This document shows, piece after piece, positions 55,073 to 64,000 of a stretch of 64,000 nucleotides of DNA. How positions within the stretch are numbered: position 1 is the stretch's first letter; each line of letters opens with the position of its first letter. Made by a program: the position numbers and the translations under genes. This DNA is from Trueperaceae bacterium (GTDB lineage Bacteria; Deinococcota; Deinococci; Deinococcales; Trueperaceae). Location of the stretch: contig OZ243927.1 of NCBI GenBank assembly GCA_965213925.1, positions 1,824,001-1,888,000 of the forward strand, in the 5' to 3' direction. The notes beneath the pieces are model-generated. The model ran no database searches. It saw only the letters and a list, made by a program, of their open reading frames with translations, and was not told the DNA's origin.

Positions 55073-55290
55073 CTTGAACTTTCGTGAATTGATCTGCGCA
55101 GTAAGAGGTGATTTTTTGGCGCTGACGTGTGAGTGTCCGAGTTTCCTCACCTAATCTTTGCCGTATTCGGGTCTCTCACTGGGATACTGCGCCCTAAGAA
55201 GCCGGTTCAAGTGGTACACCTCCTCTCAGGTGCGACCGCTCAGCGACACAAATCCGTTGTAAGTATTTCATAGGCATATACATCTGTCAA
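55073..55290 (-). promoter_or_regulatory. slpA promoter and about 190-nt structured 5' leader
   Basis: TTGACA (55290-85), 17 nt, then AATACT. Three nested complementary pairs lie in the leader. Confidence 0.65.
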
Positions 55291-55782
55291 ACCCCTATGA
55301 AACGAAGGTGAGAGCGCATTTTTGCCCGCCATCACGGGGAAGAACACGTGTGCGACGGAGCGTAACTCTTTAACCTCTTCATGAAGGCGGGCGAGGTTGT
55401 GAGAAAACCCTCATCGGTTGATGAACCCGCTCTCACACGAACGTTTGCGACGCACACGGCACAGCTGCAATTTGCTACTTTTATTCTCATAAGTGTTGAG
55501 TGTTCAATCGGTACTATAAGTGCGATGTGTAAAATGAGTACAAAATACAATCTGGTGGAACTCGAGCCCCATACCGCTCACATCACCTAGTCCTAATTTG
55601 GAAAAAGTACAATAGGTACAACGCGATCTCGATTTTCGGAAAAAGACGCTCAGGTGACGCCGCTCAGTCCCTATTGCTCCTTGAAGTAAGAGCGTAGAGC
55701 CTCACGAGCAGCTTGAGCAATATCGCTTTGGCAACGCCCAAGCTTGGAAGGTGCAGACGACCGCTTTACTGAGACCTCTAAA

Positions 55783-56331
55783 TTAAACGCCCTCAAAGAG
55801 TGCCTGGACCTTTACGGAGGTTTCTAAACAAGCGACCTCGAACCCGTCCCCGAGTGCATACGTGCGCCACCCCTGCGGCGTGCGCTTCACGTATTCGGCA
55901 GCGTTCGATTGAGGGTCAACCATGAGGTAACCCTGTAACGTCTCAATCGTCCGGTACGCCTGCAATTTTTCGCGCCTGTCCGTCGCCTCGGTACTCGGCG
56001 AAAGGACCTCCGCAATGAAGCAAGGGAATTGAAAGATTTTATCGTCCGTATCACGTGGGTCGCAGAGCACCATCACATCGGGGTAGTAGTAACGGTTCAG
56101 GCTAGGAATCCAGAGCTTGACGCCTTCGAAAGCGATGCGGCACCCTCTTCTGTCGGCGTGCGACAGCAGTGTTGCGTAGAGCCTTCCAGCGATCTGATTG
56201 TGCCTTATCGTTTCACCGGGTAGGGTGTAAACTACGCCGTCCACATACTCGTGACGCTCCGCGGAGGTTTCTTCAAATGCTAAGTACGCTTGCGGCGACA
56301 CCAGTTGGAGAGGCTCAGCAGAGTGAGACAT
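55783..56331 (-). CDS. Uma2-family endonuclease-like protein
   Basis: RHEYVDG, YYYPDVMV and AEVLSPSTEATDRREK. TATAAT lies 6 nt before the ATG. Confidence 0.92.
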   Translation of the reverse strand: MSHSAEPLQLVSPQAYLAFEETSAERHEYVDGVVYTLPGETIRHNQIAGRLYATLLSHADRRGCRIAFEGVKLWIPSLNRYYYPDVMVLCDPRDTDDKIFQFPCFIAEVLSPSTEATDRREKLQAYRTIETLQGYLMVDPQSNAAEYVKRTPQGWRTYALGDGFEVACLETSVKVQALFEGV

Positions 56332-56397
56332 AGGTTTATTATAGCGGAGGGTGAGGTTACACAGGTCAGACGACACCAAGCTAGAGAGGATGACGCC

Positions 56398-56628
56398 ATG
56401 CTTAAAATGATCTTACATTCGAGACATAGAGGTCACTCAGCGGAAAATGAAACGCTCGGAGACGTAGAACTTACTCGCGTGCCGTGTGTCGGGGAGTTTG
56501 TGAGCTTAGGCAAGGACGGTCCCTACTACCGCATCCGAGGGGTTCAGCACCTCACCGATGACGGAGACTACGCGGCGCATCTCTACGGCGATAAAGTGAA
56601 TGAGAAAACGATGCTCGAGAGCGTGTGA
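56398..56628 (+). CDS. Small hypothetical protein
   Basis: GAGGA RBS and RVPCVGEFV motif. Confidence 0.6.
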   Translation: MLKMILHSRHRGHSAENETLGDVELTRVPCVGEFVSLGKDGPYYRIRGVQHLTDDGDYAAHLYGDKVNEKTMLESV

Positions 56629-56736
56629 ATCATTAGAGTACCGACCCGTCGCCGCCCGACTCGTCCCGGCTCGTGAGCAGGGCACGCCTGGTTCGTCACA
56701 TAGTCCTCTTTCATCTAAACCCGTTATGATAGGGGT

Positions 56737-57105
56737 ATGAAAAGAACACTTTGCGTCTTAGTTACCCTATCTCTCCTCGCAGCTTGTGCGCCGAGCACGC
56801 AAGGAACGTCTACGAACCCGGAAGCTGACGCGGTGCTCTCAAGCCCCGCCGCCCGAGAGACGGAGCGTGTCGCCACCGCCGCTTACCACCGCATGGAGCT
56901 GGTGAAACTCGAAGAGGGCGTTTACACCGCGAACGTGCTGATCAACCTGGAGGTGCCTCAGGGCGTGCGCTGGATATTGGCAGAGCCGACCACGGACACC
57001 TCCTATATGCTCCGCTTCACCTCCACGAACGTGCCGGGTGTAGCTTGGATCGTCACGCCCGAAGGGGTGGAGCCGCGCCGGGTGGAAGAGGGTGCGCCGT
57101 CCTAA
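56737..57105 (+). CDS. Hypothetical lipoprotein
   Basis: Lipobox LLAAC. Confidence 0.75.
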   Translation: MKRTLCVLVTLSLLAACAPSTQGTSTNPEADAVLSSPAARETERVATAAYHRMELVKLEEGVYTANVLINLEVPQGVRWILAEPTTDTSYMLRFTSTNVPGVAWIVTPEGVEPRRVEEGAPS

Positions 57106-57195
57106 ATCCAGGCGTCGCTGAAGTTTCACTCTGGCAGCCCCAAAGCTCGTGTTAGCGTAAGGCGAAAATCTCACTAGCCCTAGGAGACCCCACTG

Positions 57196-59082
57196 ATGAC
57201 GCGCTTTCTGCTAACCTGTGCTCTACTCACCCTCGCCTTCTCTCACGCCTCCGCCCAACCTCTTGCCGGGCTCGCCCCTGCCGAAACGGTGCTGACGCTC
57301 GGCTACAAAGTTTCGGGCTCCGACGCGCAGCAAAACGCGCTGCGAGAAGACTTAGCCGCGCTCGAGTGGGGGCAAGCGGGTGAGACCTTGCAGCAGCTCG
57401 CCACGTACTTAGAAAATAGCGACCTTTCGAGTGATTTCCGGGACCTAGGCGACCTCTTAAATGAGTTCTCAGGTGGCGCGGATGTTCAGGAAGAGGGGCG
57501 GGCGATGTTGGAGGGAGTCTGTCCTGAACTCCTGGAGGAACGCTTTAGTGAGAACGAAATGGAAGATGTCGCCTTTGGCGCGCTCTTCAGTGTCAGCGTG
57601 AGTCCTTTTAATCCTGTACCCGCTGTAACTGCGCTCGCGAGAATAGAGGACGACGAGGTGGCGGAGCTTTACGCCGAGGTGCAAGAGGTCATCCTCACCT
57701 GTGCGGAGCGCGAGGTGGAGGTGGTGCGGCTCGAGCAGGGCGACGTGCCGCTCTACGTCATCGGCGACGGCGGCGACTTTCCGGTCATCATTGGACGCTC
57801 GGAGAACCTCTTTTTCGCGGGCAGCAACCCCGAAGTGCTGCGCGGCGTGGTGCGGCGGGCGCAAGGAGATGACGAGGCGAACTTTGCGGGCGGCAGGCTC
57901 TACCGCGAAACGAGCGACCTCTTGGAGGCGGACGGCGTGAGTTTCAGCCTTAACTTAGCGGGGCTCGCGCAGATCGCCGAGAACTTCGGCGGGCTGTTCG
58001 TGGACGGTCCTGAGATGGAGGCGGCGTTCGGGCGCGGCTTGGCGATTTTGCGCACGTTAGAGGGCTACGCGGGGTCGGTTCGCGCGACCTCAGAGGGGCT
58101 CTCCGCCGAGTCGCTCACCCTCGTCAACGCTGAAGGGGGCGACGCCGAACTCGCCGACCTCTTACTGTGCGACACCTGCTCGGTCTCCTCGCCCTTTTTG
58201 GCACTCGAAACGAGCGTGGCGGTGAACGCGCAGTACGTGGCGCTAGAGCCGGTGTTCAACTACCTTCAGGGCGTCTTAAACGATTTGGAACCGCTCGTGG
58301 GCGATTTGGACGTTAAGGCAATCCTGCGCGAAGAACTCGGCTTCGACTTGGACACTGCGCTTTTCGACTGGCTCGGCAACGAGTTCTACGCGCTGAACTT
58401 AGAGCCCTTCAGCCCGGACTTAGGCACGCTCTTCTACGGTCAAGCGAGCGCTTTCTACGTACCCGTCACGAGCCGTGAAGCGGCGGAGGCGGGGCTAGCG
58501 GAACTGAGTGAGGGGTTAGCGTTGGCGCTCGAGGCGTCTGACGATATGAACATGGATGACGTCTCCTCGCAGCTTTTTTCGGATGTCGCGACCGAAACCC
58601 TTTCTTACGAGGGCACAGAAATTACACGCTACCGCTCGGGCTTCAATACAGATATAGGCGTGGCTTTCTTAGGAAACTATCTCGTCGTTAGCACGCCTGC
58701 CGAGGCGATGGAAGACCTTATCGACACCTTTGGCGGCGACGCGCCCAACATCTTTACGAACCGCAGCTTTCAGAGTGCACTTTCAGACCGCCCCGAAGAG
58801 GTCATCGCGTTAAGTTACAGCGAGTACGGCGAGCAGCTCATGGGCTTGGCTAATCTCGCCGGGCTCTTTAGCCAACCGCTCGCGTTCGCGGCGAACTTGG
58901 CGCTCAGCGAAACCGAAAGCTCCAGCGCTCAAAAGCCGAGTTACACTGAGCTTTTGGCGCTTACGGACCTCTTGCCTGATGCGTTAGACATTATCGCGGA
59001 GCGCCTAGGCGTCTCGAGCGGCTACGCTGAGGTGCGCGAGGGCGCGATTTACCGGCGCGGCACGCTGCAGATCGACTGGTAG
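57196..59082 (+). CDS. Exported acidic hypothetical protein (DUF3352-like)
   Basis: Signal peptide ending ASA-Q and AGGAG RBS. The family assignment is tentative. Confidence 0.7.
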   Translation: MTRFLLTCALLTLAFSHASAQPLAGLAPAETVLTLGYKVSGSDAQQNALREDLAALEWGQAGETLQQLATYLENSDLSSDFRDLGDLLNEFSGGADVQEEGRAMLEGVCPELLEERFSENEMEDVAFGALFSVSVSPFNPVPAVTALARIEDDEVAELYAEVQEVILTCAEREVEVVRLEQGDVPLYVIGDGGDFPVIIGRSENLFFAGSNPEVLRGVVRRAQGDDEANFAGGRLYRETSDLLEADGVSFSLNLAGLAQIAENFGGLFVDGPEMEAAFGRGLAILRTLEGYAGSVRATSEGLSAESLTLVNAEGGDAELADLLLCDTCSVSSPFLALETSVAVNAQYVALEPVFNYLQGVLNDLEPLVGDLDVKAILREELGFDLDTALFDWLGNEFYALNLEPFSPDLGTLFYGQASAFYVPVTSREAAEAGLAELSEGLALALEASDDMNMDDVSSQLFSDVATETLSYEGTEITRYRSGFNTDIGVAFLGNYLVVSTPAEAMEDLIDTFGGDAPNIFTNRSFQSALSDRPEEVIALSYSEYGEQLMGLANLAGLFSQPLAFAANLALSETESSSAQKPSYTELLALTDLLPDALDIIAERLGVSSGYAEVREGAIYRRGTLQIDW

Positions 59083-59128
59083 TGCTGAGTTTGGGCTCGA
59101 GCCGCAACTGCTCGAGCCCCTCTTCGAG

Positions 59129-59650
59129 TCACGCACTCCAACTCAGCGACGTGAGCGTCCCGTCCGCCTGATAGTGCGTCACCCCGATGCGCACACGCTC
59201 TTGAGCACCCGGGTCACGCTTCATGTCTTCGACCAAATGAGGTAAAACCAGGTCCGTCGTTTCGATGATGTCTAGCGCTGCAAAATCTGCGGGTTCTTTC
59301 CAGTGGAGCGTGCCTTCGCTGCAGTTTGGCAAGGTGTACCTCTTTAACTCAGCCGTGTAGTAAAGGAGACCCGTAAGCGGTTCGCCCGCGCGGTTGTGAT
59401 AGAGCACGCGGCGCAGCGCGAGGTGAGAGAGGTCATCTTCTGTAAGGCGTGTCTCCTCCTCCAATTCGCGCAGCATCGCGGCGCGGAGGTCGCTCAGTTC
59501 GTCCGGTTCGACCTTTCCGCCCACGCCCGTCCAGCGCCCTGGAGCGATGCGTTTGGTAGGCGCACGCTCGAGGAGTAAAAAGCGCCCCTCAAAGTGCAAA
59601 AAGAGGACGTTGTAAAGGGCGAAGGCGTTCGGCTCTAACGGGGGGGATGC
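59129..59650 (-). CDS. NUDIX hydrolase (5' end ambiguous)
   Basis: GGKVEPDE...AMLRELEEET Nudix box. The frame is open up to the grpB stop. Confidence 0.85.
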   Translation of the reverse strand, partial: ASPPLEPNAFALYNVLFLHFEGRFLLLERAPTKRIAPGRWTGVGGKVEPDELSDLRAAMLRELEEETRLTEDDLSHLALRRVLYHNRAGEPLTGLLYYTAELKRYTLPNCSEGTLHWKEPADFAALDIIETTDLVLPHLVEDMKRDPGAQERVRIGVTHYQADGTLTSLSWSA

Positions 59651-60172
59651 TCAACGGGCTCGAGCCTCTTTCAAGACCTCTTGAATAAATTCGTGCTTAC
59701 CGTCCGTATAGGCTTCGCGGTCTCTCGGATATCTTTTGGCGAGGTCTTCTTTAAGTGTTTGATACGCGGTAACGGTCTCAGGATGGGTTCTCAAATAATC
59801 ACGGAAGAGCAAATGGGTTGTCCATTCTTCGTTGACCTCTTCAAACATATGAATATGATGCGTTCTATTATCCGCTGGACCTTTGACGAAGTAGTGGCGG
59901 CGCGGGATGCCGTTCTCACCTCTATAGGTGTAGCCGAGTGATTCGATAGGGGAGACGAGCGCGAACGCTTCCTCGAAGTTCTTTACCGCAACCCCGATAT
60001 CGAGAATAGGTTTGGCTTTGAGATTTGGAACGGCGGTGCTGCCGATATGCTGAATGTCTAAAACGCCCTCGCTGATAACTGCTTCCAACCGCTTCTTTTC
60101 TTCTTTGAACAGCTTTACCCATGCGGTTTGATAGGGGCTGAGTCTGACTTTGTCACGCTCTAAACCAAGCAC
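59651..60172 (-). CDS. GrpB/UPF0157-family protein
   Basis: HIGSTAVPNLKAKPILDI, FRDYLR and AYTDGK. Confidence 0.92.
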   Translation of the reverse strand: MLGLERDKVRLSPYQTAWVKLFKEEKKRLEAVISEGVLDIQHIGSTAVPNLKAKPILDIGVAVKNFEEAFALVSPIESLGYTYRGENGIPRRHYFVKGPADNRTHHIHMFEEVNEEWTTHLLFRDYLRTHPETVTAYQTLKEDLAKRYPRDREAYTDGKHEFIQEVLKEARAR

Positions 60173-60175
60173 CCT

Positions 60176-60463
60176 TTACTTCCGTTTCTTATACGCAGAA
60201 TCGTGATCAGGGTGGAGCGAGAGAAACCGGAGCACGTCCCCCTCGCGCTTGACGACAGCGCGACACTTTTGCGTTACCCGAATTGTATAGGCGTTAGCTT
60301 CTACCGATTTGATGCTCTCCCAACGCAACCCTTTGTCGCGGTAGACCTGCTGCCAAGAGAGTTGTTTGAGCTTGCGGAGCGTCTTAAAAAAGGCGAGAAG
60401 TTCTTCTTTCTCGAGCCTCACAAGCTCCGTTTGAAACGTTGCGCTGTTGAGGTCGAAATCCAC
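60176..60463 (-). CDS. Putative RelE-like toxin
   Basis: Basic 95-aa protein with YTIRVTQKCRAV...LHPDHDSAY, coupled to the upstream small gene. Confidence 0.6.
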   Translation of the reverse strand: MDFDLNSATFQTELVRLEKEELLAFFKTLRKLKQLSWQQVYRDKGLRWESIKSVEANAYTIRVTQKCRAVVKREGDVLRFLSLHPDHDSAYKKRK

Positions 60464-60750
60464 TAATCGTCTAAACGTTCGCCGTGCTCAGCTTCCCACT
60501 GCTCACGCATATCTTTTTCAAAATCCTCCAAGTTCGTGACCTTCGCAGGCGTTTCGCTTACCCACGCCAATCCTACTGCCACCTTGCTCTTAGCGGGTTC
60601 TTCGTGCAGCCACATCTCATTATCCGGGATAACTTGAGCGGTGCGGATGACCCAGACACCCTCTTCGGGATTGTCCACCACAACGGTGCGCCCCGCGTAC
60701 TCTTTCCCTAAAGAGATTTGCCCACTCGTTCCAACGATTTTGACGTTCAT
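60463..60750 (-). CDS. Putative AbrB/MazE-like antitoxin
   Basis: VGTSGQISLGKEYAG swapped-hairpin-like start and acidic C-terminus. Confidence 0.6.
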   Translation of the reverse strand: MNVKIVGTSGQISLGKEYAGRTVVVDNPEEGVWVIRTAQVIPDNEMWLHEEPAKSKVAVGLAWVSETPAKVTNLEDFEKDMREQWEAEHGERLDD

Positions 60751-60839
60751 GCTGCATGGTAGCACGAAATTACGGTATAGCCCGAGGCGGATGTCATGCT
60801 CGAGACCAAGCACTGCACCCCTCCGCATAATAGTGACGC

Positions 60840-61826
60840 ATGGACACTTCAATGCAGTACGTCAATTTAGGCAATACGGGGCTCAAAGTCTCGCGCATCT
60901 GCTTGGGCATGATGAGCTACGGCACACCCGAGTGGCGCGAGTGGGTCTTGGACGAGGAGGCGAGCCGCCCCTTTGTGCAGCGGGCGGTGGAACTCGGCAT
61001 CAACTTTTTCGACACGGCGGATATGTACTCCAAAGGCGTGAGCGAAGAGGTCACGGGCAAGCTCCTTAAAGAGTTCACGCGCCGCGATGAAGTCATCATT
61101 GCCACCAAAGTCTACATGCCGATGAGCGACGCGCCCAACCGGGGCGGGCTGTCGCGCAAGCACATCTTTGACGGGGTGGAGGACTCGCTCCGCAGGCTCG
61201 GCACGGGCTATATCGACCTCTACCAGATTCACCGCTTCGACTACGACACGCCTATCGAGGAGACCTTAGAAGCCCTCCATGACGTCGTAAAAGCGGGGTA
61301 CGTGCGCTATTTGGGCGCGAGCAGCATGTTCGCGTACCAGTTCGCGAAGGCGCTTTATAAGGCGGATTTAGGGGGGCTAACGCGCTTCGTTTCGATGCAG
61401 AACCACTACAACTTGCTCTACCGCGAAGAGGAGCGCGAGATGCTTAAACTCTGCTCCGAAGAGGGCGTCGGCGTGATTCCTTGGAGCCCCTTGGCGAGAG
61501 GCTATCTGACGCGGAGACCGGAGGAGAGGACGGCGACCTCGAGGGGCGAGAGCGACGATATCGCGGAGCGACTTTACGCGCCCGAAGGCAGCGACGATAT
61601 TGTGAACCGGGTGGTCGATCTTGCTGAAAAGCGAGCCTCGAGCCCGGCGCAGATCGCGCTCGCCTGGCTTTTACACCAGCGCGCCGTGAGCGCACCTATC
61701 GTCGGCGCAACCAAGATGAAGCATTTAGAGGACGCGGTGGGGGCGGTGGGCTTGACGCTGAGCGAGGAAGAGCTGAAACGTTTAGAAGAGCCTTACGTGC
61801 CGCGTCCGGTTGTCGGGCATAGTTGA
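60840..61826 (+). CDS. Aldo/keto reductase
   Basis: LGNTGLKVSRICLG, FDTADMYS, IDLYQIHR and PWSPLARG. Confidence 0.95.
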   Translation: MDTSMQYVNLGNTGLKVSRICLGMMSYGTPEWREWVLDEEASRPFVQRAVELGINFFDTADMYSKGVSEEVTGKLLKEFTRRDEVIIATKVYMPMSDAPNRGGLSRKHIFDGVEDSLRRLGTGYIDLYQIHRFDYDTPIEETLEALHDVVKAGYVRYLGASSMFAYQFAKALYKADLGGLTRFVSMQNHYNLLYREEEREMLKLCSEEGVGVIPWSPLARGYLTRRPEERTATSRGESDDIAERLYAPEGSDDIVNRVVDLAEKRASSPAQIALAWLLHQRAVSAPIVGATKMKHLEDAVGAVGLTLSEEELKRLEEPYVPRPVVGHS

Positions 61827-61876
61827 GCGTGTGCCGCGTCCGAAATCGAATAACGATTTCATATAATGTCGCTTAG

Positions 61877-62085
61877 TACTCTGTTAAGTAAATTCTGCGA
61901 CGTTGTTGTCACCCTGAGCCGAAGGCGTGAGGGTCTCGTTTGGCTATGCCAAAACTTCGTAACTCGCAATCTCTGTCAGAGGAGTCAGCAAGGTGAGAGG
62001 TTCTTACGCTCCACTGCGTGGAGTCTATCCTATAGCTCGCTGTAGGGCTCAGAATGACATGCCTTATTTTTAACTTAACACTGTA
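61877..62085. mobile_element. Composite MITE/REP-like element, family B copy 2
   Basis: Outer IR TACTCTGTTAAGT / ACTTAACACTGTA flanked by CTTAG direct repeats. Inner TGTCACCCTGAGC...GCTCAGAATGACA. Confidence 0.75.
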
Positions 62086-62095
62086 CTTAGTAGCA

Positions 62096-62130
62096 GCGGC
62101 GACCTCATCATCGCTTGACGAGGTCGCCGC
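62096..62130. terminator. GC-rich hairpin between convergent genes
   Basis: GCGGCGACCTC ... GAGGTCGCCGC stem. Confidence 0.55.
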
Positions 62131-62147
62131 GCACCCTTTAACCGCGC

Positions 62148-63732
62148 CTAGTCTCCAAACTCGAATTCAGCTACGTCTTGTCCCTTTTCTATAGCGCCCA
62201 AGTCGGGGGCGGGACCGGCGTAGGGTAGGTCAACCCTTGCGCCCGCGTTTATCGCGGGGCTGCCCTCTTCTAAACGTAAGAAGTCTGGCGAGTCGGGGTT
62301 TAAGCTTTTGAATTCGGGGTCACGAATACCTAAGTTCCAGGTGTTGTTGCTGTGCTCGTCCTCGTCGCCGTAGGCGAGGTCGGGGTCTTTATAGCTGATG
62401 TTGTTTTTGGCGACGTTGGGTTTACCGTCCGCTCTAAACATGAAGCCGTTTCGACCTGCTTGCCAAGAGGTGTTGTGTAGGAGCGTGATGCCGCCGCCGC
62501 CGTTCGTGTAGAAGTTGTCTACACGGTTTTTATAGGCGATGTTGTAGCGCACGGTGGTGTTGCTGTTTTTACTATATCGTCCCTCACGACTGCCCAGTTT
62601 GAAGCCCGCCCCGTCTCCCGACGAACCACGCCCGTTCTCGTGGGAGATGCAAAACTCGACCAGGGTATTTCTGCTCTGCCAGATGTCGGTGCCGTCATCC
62701 GAATTGTTGTAGGTGTGGCAGTTGCGGATGACGTTGGCGTTACCGGAAGCGAGTTTGATGCCGTCAGCGCTGTCGCCGCCATTTTGCTCGCTGTAGTTGC
62801 TGTGCGAGACGACGCCCTCGAGCAGGTTGTAGTCCCCTAAAATATAGACGCCGTCGGAGTGGTTTTCATAAGACAAGGACGTTCCTAACGACGTTGTGGT
62901 CGCCTTCTAGGTGCAAGGAGCGGCCCGCGCTGTGCCGAAAGGTGAGGTTTTGTACGACGTACCATTCGATCTCCTCGAGCCTAAAAAGCGCTGGGTAGGC
63001 TGTCGACTCCGTGTCGGACCAATGCTCCTCGCTGCCGTCGATAACAGCCATCTCGCCCGGATAGCTTTCGATGGTGATGGGAGCTTCCCGCGTGCCGCTA
63101 GCGATCTCGAACGACGTACCGTTCACGTACTCCTTGTACACGCCTTCGCGGAGCTGTATCCGCTCACCGGCTTGAGCGACGCTGAGCGCTTTGGCGACGG
63201 TGCCGAAAGGTCGGTCGACGCTGCCGTCCGCCTCGTCGGAGCCGTCCGTAGCGACGTAGTAGTCCGCTTTGAACGCCACCTGGACGCCCTCGGCGACGAA
63301 CGCCGCGGAGAGCGTCCGGCGAAAGCCGGACGCCAGCGTGACCTTCGCAGTGACGATGTTCTCGCGGCGGTCTAAGTCATCTACATTGAAGGGGTAAGCC
63401 CCCTGCTCTTTGCTGCCCGCGAAGTCGAAGGGGGCGACCGACTCGACCTGGAGGGGGCTGAGCGCCTCGCTATCGTTGAGGTAGAAAGCGACCTCTTCGA
63501 CGCTTCCAGCGCCACCTAAAAGCGCGGGCTCGAGGAAGATATAAACCTCGCCCGAGAGCGCTGCGCCCTCTAAAGGTTGCGCGTTCTCTCGTTCCGGCGA
63601 GGTGCTCACCGCGAGCGCGGCGCTCGTTGGGACCGAAGCCTCTGACGGCGCGGCCCGTGTGTCCGGACGCTCCTGAGCTAGCAAGAGTGGGACGACGGCT
63701 AAGAGAAAGGACGTTGCTAGGGAAAGTTTCAT
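62148..63732 (-). pseudogene. Secreted right-handed beta-helix (PL9/DUF1565-like) protein with an N-terminal Ig-like domain, split by a 1-bp frameshift near 62877
   Basis: YYVATDGSD..DGS...PFGT in the upstream ORF and DGIKL/NSDDG/GAGFKLG repeats in the downstream ORF. Removing one C restores ...VVRNVLSYENHSDG. Confidence 0.75.
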
Positions 63733-63866
63733 CGTTTGCTAGCCTAGCACGCGAACGTGAAATCCTTTGGTAAGTTTTGCCTTTAGACAGCTTTAATTTA
63801 GTTTGAAGCACATTTGATTAACGTCGTCGCTACCACACCTCGGAGAACGCACTGCGAAGCTGCGTT

Positions 63867-64000
63867 TTAGTTTTGCAGGCGTGGTGGGGCCTTCATGAGG
63901 TCTTCGATGGTCTTCGCGAGCGCGCCCGCATCCGCGACGCGCCGCACGAGGACCTGGTCGCGGCGGGCTCCTTTCTTTTCGTATATCTTGAGCCCGTCGA
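63867..64000 (-). CDS. 3' end of a gene, probably a second nucleoside hydrolase-like protein
   Basis: Reads DGLKIYEKKGARRDQVLVRRVADAGALAKTIEDLMKAPPRLQN-stop, similar to the C-terminus of 613-1713. Confidence 0.55.
   Translation of the reverse strand, partial: DGLKIYEKKGARRDQVLVRRVADAGALAKTIEDLMKAPPRLQN

Noticed and set aside
61856..61883. ATTTCATATAA-tgtcgc-TTAG as a second dif-like site
   Set aside because: No XerD-like arm. The left part belongs to a GAAATCG/CGATTTC hairpin and the right part is the family B terminus.

Overview
This is a GC-rich bacterial chromosomal window, most likely Deinococcota (Truepera-like). The evidence is an unlinked 23S-5S-tRNA-Gly locus with no 16S, an SlpA-type S-layer/outer-membrane protein, an MglB/MglA pair, a two-gene glutamine-dependent NAD synthetase, a BrxC/AbxC-type bacilliredoxin and widespread leaderless-type gene starts. 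Most genes are housekeeping (nadE, rpe, mutM, ppk1, mgsA, ggt, slyD, glgX, fba, clpB, acetoacetate-CoA ligase), interspersed with single lower-GC orphan genes and toxin-antitoxin remnants. I see no CRISPR array, prophage, integrase or transposase. The most unusual signals are non-coding or missed by the ORF track: (1) a family of 70-76 bp inverted-repeat elements with unrelated cores and co-varying ends, mostly next to stable-RNA genes; (2) two families of modular MITE/REP-like elements, two copies each; (3) two heavily iterated short words, the palindrome CTCGAG and the non-palindromic AAGAGGTC; (4) a dif-like site beside a duplicated, decaying TA cluster; (5) a nested structured leader of the S-layer gene; (6) a MerR gene stub with an intact 19-bp-spacer promoter; and (7) small uncalled ORFs. 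Several apparent 1-bp frameshifts may be assembly errors. All motif counts are by eye and all product calls come from motif recognition, not database searches.
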